Sequence record: NC_047815.1
Length of the DNA: 64,000 bases
Reading direction: 5' to 3' (one strand)
The translations under genes and the position numbers were made by a program. This document shows, piece by piece, positions 34,370 to 43,925 of the stretch. The first letter of the stretch is position 1. Every line of letters starts with the position of its first letter. The notes beneath the pieces are model-generated. The model did no database searches, was not told the origin of the DNA, and was given only the letters and a program-made list of their open reading frames with translations.

Positions 34370-34986
34370 TGGCTACTATTGCACAGTTACAGCAGGCGCG
34401 GCAGCAGATAGAGCAAGACTCTGACTGGTCCCGTTATTGGCAGGCAGCACAGTTGATGATCGCAGCCGAGTCTGCGTTTGTAGAACGATCAGAATCAGTT
34501 GATGTGTTGTTTGATCCAGAGCTGCTTGAGCCTCACATGATTCAGGCAGAAGTTCGTGTTAAACAGCTACAGCACGACGTCCTGTGTCACATGGTTGATA
34601 GTGATAGTGATTGGACGATACCTCGCATGTTCGTTTCTGAATCTGGTCACGAATTGAATATAGAGATTTTGTTTGCAGCAAGGACTTTATATGAAGAAAA
34701 CAAGCGTACTGGAACAAGCCCTCGCATTGCTATTGCTGGTTATGGTATCGGCTGGTCTAGTAAAGACAAAGAAGGACTGACGCAGGCGAATCGTTATGCG
34801 GAACAGATTCGCAACCAGATGCAAGAAGCTGCTCAGTGTGCTGGTGAGTTTCACGTACCTAAGTCACAACGCAACGAGTTTCCTGATACTCGTGGACCTC
34901 GTCCTCAGAACGATCACTACTTCTCTCGTCGCGGTAGTCGTGCGCACAGACCTCAAGTGCAGAGGCAGCGAGGCAGAGGTCGATAA
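34369..34986 (+). CDS. hypothetical protein
   Basis: AAGGAG RBS, GTG start; Arg-rich tail. Confidence 0.65.
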   Translation: MATIAQLQQARQQIEQDSDWSRYWQAAQLMIAAESAFVERSESVDVLFDPELLEPHMIQAEVRVKQLQHDVLCHMVDSDSDWTIPRMFVSESGHELNIEILFAARTLYEENKRTGTSPRIAIAGYGIGWSSKDKEGLTQANRYAEQIRNQMQEAAQCAGEFHVPKSQRNEFPDTRGPRPQNDHYFSRRGSRAHRPQVQRQRGRGR

Positions 34987-35012
34987 CAACAAAGATTAAT
35001 GCAGTAGAATAA

Positions 35013-35020
35013 CTGTAAAT
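35013..35020 (+). promoter_or_regulatory. putative phage promoter CTGTAAAT
   Basis: ATAACTGTAAATA, intergenic. Confidence 0.6.
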
Positions 35021-35076
35021 AAAACAAGTAACACATACTATTAATTGTTTCACAGCAAACTCGGATCTCACTATTA

Positions 35077-35451
35077 ATGAAAAACAATAACATGCTGGCC
35101 TTTGATGCTAGCGAATTAGATCATATTGTACCACAGCCAACAACAATCGCAGCAAAGACAAAGGCAGACTTCTTTGAAGAAGACCCCGAGTCGATTCGCT
35201 ATTGGACTGCATATCGTGCCGATGTTATGGAGCAGTTGCTGCAAGGCAACATCACCGTTCCAGACGGCATGACAGCAGATCAGGTTGTTGATCAACACGT
35301 AGCCAAAATCAAGAACATGTGCGCTTTGTTCAGTGATGATGGTCTTCCAGTGGATCGAGTTATCTTGCCTTCACCAGGGACAGTTCTCAATCCGGCAGCA
35401 AACATATCAAGTTACATCAAGGCTGGTCTGAATCTGACTGGTAAACACTAG
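35077..35451 (+). CDS. hypothetical protein
   Basis: ORF downstream of the promoter-like motif. Confidence 0.65.
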   Translation: MKNNNMLAFDASELDHIVPQPTTIAAKTKADFFEEDPESIRYWTAYRADVMEQLLQGNITVPDGMTADQVVDQHVAKIKNMCALFSDDGLPVDRVILPSPGTVLNPAANISSYIKAGLNLTGKH

Positions 35452-35459
35452 GAGAATTT

Positions 35460-35957
35460 ATGATAGGCGATTTGGCGCGGGACCTAGCACAGAGATTTTA
35501 TCAAGGTCAGGCTGATTTGGAACGTTCGCAGCTTGAGTTCTGGTCTCATTGTCGTATCAGCAGCAAGATCAATCTGGAACTACCTTCATCGATTACTATC
35601 GAGTATGCGCCTCGATTGCGCGATGCCGCCAAGAACCAAATGCAACTAGCAGCATGTTGGTCACAAGCGGTTCCAGCAAGTGCCGATGAAGAATTCACAG
35701 AACGCTTGTCTTGGGCTGTGAACGAGGTGCATCAACAAGCTCTGTCCATCATGTTTTATGAGACTCGCTTAGCACTTGCAAACATGGTCGTTGCGTCTCT
35801 AGCTGAATTGAATAAAAACGTTCAAGGCCAATATCGACTAAGCAGCGACCTTATCATTATTGCGGATTTTATCATCGACCCCTACAAGAATCACCCGCAG
35901 TCAGGTGACTTCGAAAAGTTCCGTAAGTGGCTGACTGATAATTCTGTAAACGTTTAA
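35460..35957 (+). CDS. hypothetical protein
   Basis: AGGAG RBS. Confidence 0.7.
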   Translation: MIGDLARDLAQRFYQGQADLERSQLEFWSHCRISSKINLELPSSITIEYAPRLRDAAKNQMQLAACWSQAVPASADEEFTERLSWAVNEVHQQALSIMFYETRLALANMVVASLAELNKNVQGQYRLSSDLIIIADFIIDPYKNHPQSGDFEKFRKWLTDNSVNV

Positions 35958-35983
35958 AACACAACAGCAAGAGGATATTTATC

Positions 35984-36646
35984 GTGGCAACTAAACAACT
36001 TCAAAGCGTAGCAAAACAAGAAACAGCAGTACGTGGTCCAGTAATGGCACAGACTGCTAGTGCCGTGCCTAACGCACGTATCGCAGAACGTTTAAACAGT
36101 CTGCGTAACGAAGTGGGGTATGCTATGTCTCGTCTGGAGCATATGTTGTTTTGCGTAGGCGCAGTTCAAAGCACCGAATTTAGCGACAAACGCAATGCAC
36201 CACAAGCTGGGGAAGTTGGCAAAATAACAGAAGGTCCAGTATTGTACGAATCTGTTACCATGATGGACACAGAGCTGAATGCCGTGCGCAGTCGTCTCGA
36301 AATCTGCGTGTTTGGTGAAGACGCTGACTGTGAAGACGATGCAGACTGTGTAGAGGACGTAGGCAGTAAGCAAGTTCGCCCTACAGCCTGCCGTACCTCG
36401 TTTGGTGACACTATGTGGAAGTTAACGCAGAACGTATCACGCAGCGCGTACGGCATCAACGGCCTGCTGACTCGTATCAGTGAAAGCGTTGTTGAGCGCA
36501 CAACTGATGAACACAGTGCAGTCGGCGTCGAATCAGGCGAAGAACCTCAGTCTGTAATCGAATTTGTAGAGCAACTGGAGCGTACGGTTGAAGCATTAGT
36601 TGTTCGTTTCAGCCATCTCAACAACCGCATGGAAAGCACGTTCTAA
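35984..36646 (+). CDS. helical hypothetical protein with two helix-loop-helix repeats
   Basis: GAGGA RBS, GTG start. Confidence 0.7.
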   Translation: MATKQLQSVAKQETAVRGPVMAQTASAVPNARIAERLNSLRNEVGYAMSRLEHMLFCVGAVQSTEFSDKRNAPQAGEVGKITEGPVLYESVTMMDTELNAVRSRLEICVFGEDADCEDDADCVEDVGSKQVRPTACRTSFGDTMWKLTQNVSRSAYGINGLLTRISESVVERTTDEHSAVGVESGEEPQSVIEFVEQLERTVEALVVRFSHLNNRMESTF

Positions 36647-36656
36647 GAGATACCCA

Positions 36657-37373
36657 ATGACAAAAGCAAAAGTTGTACGCGGTGCTGGTGGCCGCTTTGA
36701 ACGTGTGGCGGATGCCACCGATAATGAAACTATTAAGGTAGAACCCGTGTCTGATAAAAAAGAAGTTCCACTGAATATTGCTGCACACATCGAACAGATC
36801 TCTAATGACCTGACCGCAGTGAGTGCTAATCTGGCAAATCATTTGTACATGCTGGGCGTTGCTCCATACAACGATATTCATAGCGGTATGTATGAAGACA
36901 GCGAAAGCAATTCCGCGTCAGACTCGATTAGTGGCAGTGATAGTCACTTCGTAGAACTTCGCCGTCAGGCAGAAGCCATTGCAGCAGAAAACCCGCTGTG
37001 TGTATCAGCAGGTCAGGTTGTAGCGTATAAAGCTATCCCTGCGCTCTGCATTGCTGTGCAGGCTGTGCGCTCTTACACAGCAGAAAGTTTGCCAAACGAA
37101 AGCATGGTTGAATTCCTGATTAACGGACGTCATCTGTCTGCGTATGACCGCTACAATTCTGTAGTGCAGATGTTTAACTCACTGATTGATCAAAGTTCCG
37201 TGCTGTCCAATCGTTTGATTGGCCAAGAACTCAATGAAGACTTCAAGCCAGCTCTTGTAGAATCAGAAGGTCTTCCGCTGATTAGTATGCTGAAACAAGT
37301 ACGCGATCTGCTGGGTGCTGCATACAATCTCGTTGTATCTATTCAGAACGAACTTGAAGTCAATTTCGGCTGA
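36657..37373 (+). CDS. helical hypothetical protein with two helix-loop-helix repeats
   Basis: Last + strand gene; in frame with track ORF 36600. Confidence 0.7.
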   Translation: MTKAKVVRGAGGRFERVADATDNETIKVEPVSDKKEVPLNIAAHIEQISNDLTAVSANLANHLYMLGVAPYNDIHSGMYEDSESNSASDSISGSDSHFVELRRQAEAIAAENPLCVSAGQVVAYKAIPALCIAVQAVRSYTAESLPNESMVEFLINGRHLSAYDRYNSVVQMFNSLIDQSSVLSNRLIGQELNEDFKPALVESEGLPLISMLKQVRDLLGAAYNLVVSIQNELEVNFG

Positions 37374-37382
37374 TAGAAATAG

Positions 37383-37416
37383 AAAAGGGAGGCCCCGTAA
37401 TGAGGTCTCCCTTTTT
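37383..37416. terminator. bidirectional intrinsic terminator at the strand switch
   Basis: AAAAGGGAGGCC...GGTCTCCCTTTT between convergent gene blocks. Confidence 0.85.
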
Positions 37417-37418
37417 GA

Positions 37419-37895
37419 TCAGAATACTAATCCAACGCCAAGCAATACACCAGCACCTATTCGAGTAAACCACAGTTCACGATTAGCCTGTTCTTGATCA
37501 GCTATTCGGTTCTTGCGCTCAGTCTCAAGGTCTTGTGCTAGACCATTCGAACGTAGTTCCTCGCTTTTCGCCACGTCTAACAGTTTATTCCGCTCATCAA
37601 TCGTTGCATTCAGCACATCAATCAACTTGTTGCGTTCATCCACTGTTTCCTTATCGGACTTGTAGAGGTTGTACAGGTCGATCATGCCTTGCTTGTCTAG
37701 CACTGCAACTCGCTCGGTATCAACTTCCTTTATCTCTACAGCAGGCTTAGCTGGAACCGTTCTTGCTTCCCATGTCAGCTTTGTTACTTGTGGGATTGCT
37801 TGAATGGTTGCTTTGGTCTGTGCTGGACGCTGTTCCAGATTGCTTGAGCACGCCGTCAGCAACAACAAACACATCAACACGACTATTGTTCTCAT
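37419..37895 (-). CDS. spanin-like outer-membrane lipoprotein with C-terminal hydrophobic helix
   Basis: Lipobox LTA-C then Ser (+2); coiled coil; C-terminal LWFTRIGAGVLLGVGLVF. Confidence 0.65.
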   Translation of the reverse strand: MRTIVVLMCLLLLTACSSNLEQRPAQTKATIQAIPQVTKLTWEARTVPAKPAVEIKEVDTERVAVLDKQGMIDLYNLYKSDKETVDERNKLIDVLNATIDERNKLLDVAKSEELRSNGLAQDLETERKNRIADQEQANRELWFTRIGAGVLLGVGLVF

Positions 37896-38206
37896 AGCTT
37901 GTCATAGTCCTTCTTAATGTCATCGATGGACTGTTCGCTGCGTGTCTTTGCATCGGTTGCTGCGGGTTTAGTCTGAGGTGGATTCTGGTTCATGTCTTGA
38001 ATAGTCGCATCAACTTGTGTGGCTTGTTCAGCCTGCTCCTCGATACGCTTCTCACGAATCTTATCCTCAGCCTCTTTCAGACCGTTCAAAGTTGCATCTT
38101 TTGTTGTGCTTCGACCAGGCCGCAACAAGAACGCCCCAAAGATGATACCGAGAACTGCAACAAACATCTTCCAGTATTTAATAAAGAACGCCCATGCTGC
38201 TTTCAT
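37892..38206 (-). CDS. putative i-spanin
   Basis: N-terminal TM segment plus coiled coil; overlaps the lipoprotein gene by 4 nt. Confidence 0.55.
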   Translation of the reverse strand: MKAAWAFFIKYWKMFVAVLGIIFGAFLLRPGRSTTKDATLNGLKEAEDKIREKRIEEQAEQATQVDATIQDMNQNPPQTKPAATDAKTRSEQSIDDIKKDYDKL

Positions 38207-38214
38207 AACGACCT

Positions 38215-38616
38215 CTACACTTGTTTATCTGCTTGTGTGTCATCACGTGGACGGCTGGTGGTTTGAGCTTGTGGAGTTTCTTCCGACTTGCTGTTGCCAT
38301 CACCAGTACCACGACTGTTAATCAAGTTCTCCGCCATAAACGCGACAGAGAAATAGGTCAGGTGATTAGTCTCCTCACTGATAAGCAGACTGATACACAG
38401 ACCAAACGATACAACCAAGCTAGCAACAGTGGTCAGTGGGTTACGTGACCAATATTCTTTCCAGTTCAGTTTCTCGCGCACTGTTTTATTTACGTAGTTA
38501 ACCAGAACACCACCAGCCCAGGTGCAAAGAAACGCAATGATTTCAAGTACGGTAAGGTGGCCTGCTGCGGCTGAGGTTACTGCGATTGTTTCGTTCACTT
38601 TTAGTTCTCCACTCAC
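38215..38616 (-). CDS. putative holin (2-3 TM segments)
   Basis: Hydrophobic segments and charged tail; upstream of the spanin-like pair. Confidence 0.5.
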   Translation of the reverse strand: MSGELKVNETIAVTSAAAGHLTVLEIIAFLCTWAGGVLVNYVNKTVREKLNWKEYWSRNPLTTVASLVVSFGLCISLLISEETNHLTYFSVAFMAENLINSRGTGDGNSKSEETPQAQTTSRPRDDTQADKQV

Positions 38617-38659
38617 TTAGAAACCAAGCAAGTGGCCACATGAGCCACCCGCCTGACGG

Positions 38660-38899
38660 TTACAACTGCTCCTTGCTAATCTTACCTTCCTTATACATCT
38701 GTGCCTTCTGAATTTTCCAGTCAGCAGATACCTCACGGAAGAACTCCGACAGTTGTTGATCATCCAACTGCGAAGGACTTGTCACATCACGTTGTTCCAG
38801 CTTTGAACGAAACAGGTCTTGGTAAGCATCCTGCAACATGCTGTTTTCAGCACTTACCGAGATATATTCTTTAGCTTGCATTGCCAGACGTACTTTCAT
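38660..38899 (-). CDS. small hypothetical protein
   Basis: GAGG RBS; YQDLFRSKL...SPSQLDD...FF pattern. Confidence 0.65.
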   Translation of the reverse strand: MKVRLAMQAKEYISVSAENSMLQDAYQDLFRSKLEQRDVTSPSQLDDQQLSEFFREVSADWKIQKAQMYKEGKISKEQL

Positions 38900-38936
38900 T
38901 GTGTTGCCCTCTGTTGTATTGTAGCTTTAAATTATA

Positions 38937-38960
38937 AAGGGACAGCCGAAGCCGTCCCTT
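38937..38960 (-). terminator. intrinsic terminator with C(UUCG)G loop
   Basis: Minus strand AAGGGACGGC-TTCG-GCTGTCCCTT, right after the stop at 38965. Confidence 0.7.
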
Positions 38961-38964
38961 GTTT

Positions 38965-39588
38965 TTAGTTTAGCTTGATACGCAAATCACTGAGGTTGAT
39001 ACTACGACTCTGATCAGTAATGTCCGCGCTGTTGGCATAAACACGACCACCTTTAATACGCAGATCAGCAGTAGAGTTTTCATCACCAACAGTACCGAAC
39101 ACACCAAACACAACGTTTGTACCATTACCAGTAAGCGGGTTATCAAGCGTAATGCTTGATGCAGGTAGAGCGGCTAACACAAACCACGTAGGCGTTCCAT
39201 CTGCTAAGATATAGCTAGCTCTCGGGCTTTTTGAAGGTCCGAACGACGCACCACTGATTGCAGCAGAGTTAATGCGAGCAACAATTCTACCAACGTCTGA
39301 TTCGAACGTACCATCGAAACGAGTACGACCTGTAACAGCACCTAGATAGTCACCCACACGGGGCATGATAACATCTTGATAGTTCAAGTATGGCTCGCGG
39401 TTAGCAGAACCTGTATCGAGAATGTTAGGCGCGTTGAGTGCTGCATTCACTGTAGCATAATCAGGCACTGTTCCCTTGTATAGAAACAGTGCCCAACTCA
39501 GGTTCGACGTTGTGCTTGCGGCAGCCGAGGAGATTTCCCCGATAGCACCTAAATGCAGCGCAGCCGCAGTGCCTTTACTAAATTTCAT
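38965..39588 (-). CDS. putative virion structural protein (paralog array)
   Basis: LFLYKGTVPD...GTPTWFVL...GTVGDENSTADLRI; AAGGAG RBS. Confidence 0.6.
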   Translation of the reverse strand: MKFSKGTAAALHLGAIGEISSAAASTTSNLSWALFLYKGTVPDYATVNAALNAPNILDTGSANREPYLNYQDVIMPRVGDYLGAVTGRTRFDGTFESDVGRIVARINSAAISGASFGPSKSPRASYILADGTPTWFVLAALPASSITLDNPLTGNGTNVVFGVFGTVGDENSTADLRIKGGRVYANSADITDQSRSINLSDLRIKLN

Positions 39589-39589
39589 A

Positions 39590-40471
39590 TCAGGCTCCTT
39601 GACGCACAGCGGCTTTGATGGGAATCGACCAGTCTTGAACAGCAACGTGTCCGAACTTGCCTGTCTGCACAGTGTCTAGCTTTAGGTCTGTGCCTACATC
39701 AAGAATTAATGACAGGTAATCCATCTTTGTTGTGTCAATAAGGCCAGCATAGCTTGTTGCAGCTAGCTCTGGTACAAGCACGCCGTGAGTGATAGGCCGC
39801 ACGGAGAACTCGGTACCACGCTCTGCCCAGAACATCATACTCGCAGTGCCCGTGCTCGTTGTTGTGGCATTAACGATACGTACTTTGCGTGCAGTGAAAT
39901 CAAACTGATATTCACCGTTAGCCAGACTTGGTAAGGCCTGAGTCCACGTAACACCATCAGCAGCCAGATAGTACAGCACCGATGTGGAAAAGTTGGAACT
40001 TGAAAACACAGTAATACCACGAAAGCGCAGTGTCCGCCCGAAGTCCAGCGTTGTTTGACCCGCAACTTGAAGACCCGTCATGCTTGGCCCGTAGTCACCA
40101 AAGATACCAGCACGTTGTGCATATTGAGCAGGAGTCTGCACTGTTGCCGTGTTTTCAATCAACACAGTTTCAGGCACAACGTGATATGCAAGAACTTGTT
40201 GACTGCTTACCGTGTAGGTACGACGCTGACCATATCCGCCGACAGGCTGCAAGCTACGCGCACGGCCATAGGTACGACGTAACAATGCATCATTACCGGC
40301 AGTCTGTGCTCGATATGCGATAGATACAGCAGCAACGGAACTAGCAGCTAAATCTTGTAGCTTTTGTGGTACTGTATCGCTGCTTCCTGTACGCAAGAAC
40401 AGGGTGGCACCGTTAGATGACACATAGCCGTTTAGAAATCGGTACAGCGCGTACTTGTCTGAGATTAACAT
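39590..40471 (-). CDS. putative virion structural protein (paralog array)
   Basis: LFLRTGSSDTVP N-terminal block, LDFGRTLRF beta domain, ILDVGTDLKL C-terminal block. Confidence 0.6.
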   Translation of the reverse strand: MLISDKYALYRFLNGYVSSNGATLFLRTGSSDTVPQKLQDLAASSVAAVSIAYRAQTAGNDALLRRTYGRARSLQPVGGYGQRRTYTVSSQQVLAYHVVPETVLIENTATVQTPAQYAQRAGIFGDYGPSMTGLQVAGQTTLDFGRTLRFRGITVFSSSNFSTSVLYYLAADGVTWTQALPSLANGEYQFDFTARKVRIVNATTTSTGTASMMFWAERGTEFSVRPITHGVLVPELAATSYAGLIDTTKMDYLSLILDVGTDLKLDTVQTGKFGHVAVQDWSIPIKAAVRQGA

Positions 40472-40480
40472 ACACGCTCC

Positions 40481-41002
40481 TTACAGATTGACTTGCAGAT
40501 CAGTAAAGCGATAGCTCTGACCAGAAGTTACCACACCACCAAGAATACGCAGCTCCGCATCTGATGTATCACTGCCTACAGTAAGAACTAAGGCGTTTAA
40601 AACGTTAACACCGTTTGCAAGTGCTCCTGCATAGGTATCAGCAGAGCCAACAGCACTGCCTTGACGAATCACAGCATAAGTAGGAGTACCGGACGCAACA
40701 GCAGGCATACTTGCAGTCAGTGCGCTGAGTCCTAAACGCCACACGTTCATCATTGGATCGTAACTTGGCGTCATTTGAGGCACGCGCTGTACGGCCAAAC
40801 AGTTTTCCGCTGTAGCACCCAACGCAGTCATAAAGTTAGCAGCAGTGATTGTGTTGTTTGCTGTCAATGCAGCAACAGCAGCATCCAAATCAGGCACGGC
40901 GCCTTTAAACAGGCCGATAGTGGTGAAGTTAGCTGAGGTAGTGAACATAGCCTGTAGCGTTGCGAATGCTAAACAGCTATTTGCACCTTTGTTGTTATTC
41001 AT
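40481..41002 (-). CDS. putative virion structural protein (paralog array)
   Basis: IGLFKGAVPD...GTPTYAVI...LTVGSDTSDAELRI; clear paralog of 38965..39588. Confidence 0.6.
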   Translation of the reverse strand: MNNNKGANSCLAFATLQAMFTTSANFTTIGLFKGAVPDLDAAVAALTANNTITAANFMTALGATAENCLAVQRVPQMTPSYDPMMNVWRLGLSALTASMPAVASGTPTYAVIRQGSAVGSADTYAGALANGVNVLNALVLTVGSDTSDAELRILGGVVTSGQSYRFTDLQVNL

Positions 41003-42060
41003 ACTGGACTCCCTACAACTGACTTGATCGTAGCAAAGATGGTTGGCGGATTGATCTCTGTGCCTGGAACAACAACAGCGTTAGGCATATAGATGTCCTT
41101 TGTACCAGCAGCAGTCAGATCTTTGGTAAAGCTGAAACCGTAAGTGGCATAATTGTTGCTGTAGTTTGCAGCAGCCATGCCTTCAGTTGTGCTGAAACCT
41201 GTGGAAGCATTTGCACCACCACCAACAAGAACAACGTGTCCGATTTCAGGAATAGTGCGGAAGTCAGTACCTGATGTGTACTGTCCGTAGAAGTTCAGAC
41301 TAAACTGCACAAAGCCATAGCTGGCATTGACTTGATTGCCCAGACCTTTCTTGTTGACGATACGCCACTTCTGAGCAGACACAGCAGCAGGTAATGTATA
41401 CGTCTTTTCCGTGGTGCTTGATACGGTAGTCAGGTCTGTTGTACAACTGGCAACATCCGTCCACACAGCACCAACAAGAGCCTGAACAACGTTGTCATTT
41501 GCCGTTTTAACTGACGGGAACACGTTGTAGTTGTTGCTGTTTTGCTGTGTAAGACTGCCCAGACTTGTTACAGTTACAGCAGCGCCAAAATCGTACTGAG
41601 CAATGATACCATAGCCTTCTTCTGTGGCATAAGTATCAGCAGGACGCATGTACAAGGCAGTTGCAGGATAATACCCGATTTCAGCGCGATGCCACATGAT
41701 CGTGTTGTGAACCCAGTCCGAATAGCTTGCAAGCAGTGCGGAGTTAGCTGCAACACGAGGCAGTCTGCCACTCACGCGCACATCAGGGAACAGGCGACGA
41801 CGACCATCGGCTTGTAAAACACTTACTTGTGCAGGGTTAGTAGCACCACAGACTGCGCTGGCTGTGCGATCAACAGGCGCAAAGTTGAAGCTGCCTACAG
41901 GTGCTGTATTGATTGTACGCACAAACCACTTTGTTGTCAGTGCTTTGTTGTAGAGGTCTTGCATTGAATAAGCCAAAGGATTTGGCAGTTCACCATCAAG
42001 GAACATAGCCTGATAGTAACGTGTTGCTTGCTGCGCTAGCGTTAGCGGTAAAATCTTCAT
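40999..42060 (-). CDS. putative virion structural protein (paralog array)
   Basis: MFLDGELP N-terminal block; central YDFGAAVTVTSL...AQKWRI discoidin-like domain. Confidence 0.6.
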   Translation of the reverse strand: MKILPLTLAQQATRYYQAMFLDGELPNPLAYSMQDLYNKALTTKWFVRTINTAPVGSFNFAPVDRTASAVCGATNPAQVSVLQADGRRRLFPDVRVSGRLPRVAANSALLASYSDWVHNTIMWHRAEIGYYPATALYMRPADTYATEEGYGIIAQYDFGAAVTVTSLGSLTQQNSNNYNVFPSVKTANDNVVQALVGAVWTDVASCTTDLTTVSSTTEKTYTLPAAVSAQKWRIVNKKGLGNQVNASYGFVQFSLNFYGQYTSGTDFRTIPEIGHVVLVGGGANASTGFSTTEGMAAANYSNNYATYGFSFTKDLTAAGTKDIYMPNAVVVPGTEINPPTIFATIKSVVGSPV

Positions 42061-42071
42061 CGGTTGCTCCG

Positions 42072-42632
42072 TTATTTAATCACAATGCTGTTCAGCGTCA
42101 GCGGGCTATTCAATGTACCAACACCATTCGCATCAATGGTAATGTCTGCACCCATCGCTTTTAAATCAGCAGGCGTAAGCTCAATCATACTCGAAATGCC
42201 AGTACTGGTTGAGATGGAAGTGGCATTGGTGATCATGATGTACATGCGAGTAAACGCTGATGCATACGTGAAATAGCCCAGCGTGTTATCCACAAAATCA
42301 ACAGTGCGTTGACCTTCTTGAAACAGCAATCGAGCTGGACCTGTTGAGGCAAATGTTGTAGACCAAGTAACATCGCTGCGATTAGCTATGGTCCACGTGC
42401 GGATAGCAGCCAAGCTCATAACAGAAGCTTGGATTGCCATCCAATCAGTGTCAGTTAACGCAGAGCCTGAACTGAATGCAACGCCACACGCACGCTCTAA
42501 TCCGACAGGTGCTTGCAGAGGCATTGCTTGGTCAGCAATAAAAACTGGAGACCAGAAGTAGTCTGCGGCTAGTGATGAATAATTACCGCTAGGTCGCTGG
42601 CGAATGTTTTGCAATGCTTTGGAGATAAACAT
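42072..42632 (-). CDS. putative virion structural protein
   Basis: AAGGAG RBS; C-terminal LNSIVIK end similar to array members. Confidence 0.55.
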   Translation of the reverse strand: MFISKALQNIRQRPSGNYSSLAADYFWSPVFIADQAMPLQAPVGLERACGVAFSSGSALTDTDWMAIQASVMSLAAIRTWTIANRSDVTWSTTFASTGPARLLFQEGQRTVDFVDNTLGYFTYASAFTRMYIMITNATSISTSTGISSMIELTPADLKAMGADITIDANGVGTLNSPLTLNSIVIK

Positions 42633-43525
42633 TAAGCACTCCTTGGCAAGAAACGAATCTTGGGACAATAGATGATGTTTGCCTTGTTACCAGCAAAGGG
42701 ACCAACTACATTGAACGGACCACTAGCGCCTACTGCATCTGCGAGATACATAATGCTGTCTGAGCCTTCAAAATCACCATGCACAAACGTGTTAGCGTGA
42801 GCAAGCACAGCCCAAGTAGGCAATGCAAGTTCAGTTGCTGTAGGCATGGTAGTATCGCTGAGTAGCGCAAACGGTGCGTGCAAGGTGTTTGCCGCGTACT
42901 TGAGACGGAATCGTTTGGCCGTCTGAGGGTTGGCAAATGAATACACACTAGCATCCCCTGAAACTACAGGGCGATTGCCTAGACTTGTCTCAACACCGCT
43001 GTCGTCTACAGCGACGATTACGCCAGACAACGGACTTGAGCCAAATAGTTTGATGTGACTGACACGCACTGCCTGATCAAACTCTACAGTGAAGTCCTCA
43101 GTACCAACCGTAGTGGAGTAATCACCAACGGCACTTGGTGCACACACGATACGGCTGATAGCTCGGTCAGTTGATCCTGTACGCGTCACACGATTAGGCA
43201 GCAACTGACTTAAATTCAGCGTTCCCACTGTTCCATACAGACTTGCACCTTTAGGTACGTAAGGAGCACGGGGGCGTAGATTAAGAATCGTACCGTTACT
43301 TACGCTGAGTAGCGGATTACGTACAATGCCCAAAGAAGCGTTGAACAAGTCAGCAACACTACGCTGGTTAAACACAGCAGCCATCTGAGATTCAGTTGTA
43401 GGCATTGTGCCTGACATAAGAAACAACGTCCAACCCCCAGAGTGAGCGGGATCGTCGTAGCCAACAGCAGTACCGCTTGTACCGAAAACAGCTTGCGCCA
43501 TGATTGCGCTGTTAATCAATTTCAT
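42632..43525 (-). CDS. putative virion structural protein (paralog array)
   Basis: LFLMSGTMPT N-terminal block; VEFDQAVRVSHI...AKRFRL; PTWAVL. Confidence 0.6.
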   Translation of the reverse strand: MKLINSAIMAQAVFGTSGTAVGYDDPAHSGGWTLFLMSGTMPTTESQMAAVFNQRSVADLFNASLGIVRNPLLSVSNGTILNLRPRAPYVPKGASLYGTVGTLNLSQLLPNRVTRTGSTDRAISRIVCAPSAVGDYSTTVGTEDFTVEFDQAVRVSHIKLFGSSPLSGVIVAVDDSGVETSLGNRPVVSGDASVYSFANPQTAKRFRLKYAANTLHAPFALLSDTTMPTATELALPTWAVLAHANTFVHGDFEGSDSIMYLADAVGASGPFNVVGPFAGNKANIIYCPKIRFLPRSA

Positions 43526-43526
43526 G

Positions 43527-43925
43527 TTAGCCCACCACTGGAGTTGTTGATGAGTTAGTGGCGTTTGTTTCGCTGAGATCAAACGACGATACGTTTACGC
43601 GAACAACAGGGTTATCTTGCGCTGGGTATTGCACAGAAGCATTCAAGGCAGGACCGTAGTTACCAGCCAGCTTGTATGTTGACTGTTCTGCCTGACCTAT
43701 ATCAACGCTGTCAAACGAACGAGACTGAAACCCAGACCATACTTGATTTGGATAAGTCTCGGTCAGCGTGCTGTTGTTGGTAACGGTCTGATTGCGAATC
43801 TGTGTAGGCACAAGTGACACAACACGAGCAAGTGCCTGTGAGTTGTCGCGTGTTTCAAAATCACTGAGTACAAACGTGTTCGCAACGAAGTAGTCAGGAT
43901 CATACTGAACAACATTTATGATCAT
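43527..43925 (-). CDS. putative virion structural protein
   Basis: AAGGAG RBS; within the array. Confidence 0.55.
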   Translation of the reverse strand: MIINVVQYDPDYFVANTFVLSDFETRDNSQALARVVSLVPTQIRNQTVTNNSTLTETYPNQVWSGFQSRSFDSVDIGQAEQSTYKLAGNYGPALNASVQYPAQDNPVVRVNVSSFDLSETNATNSSTTPVVG

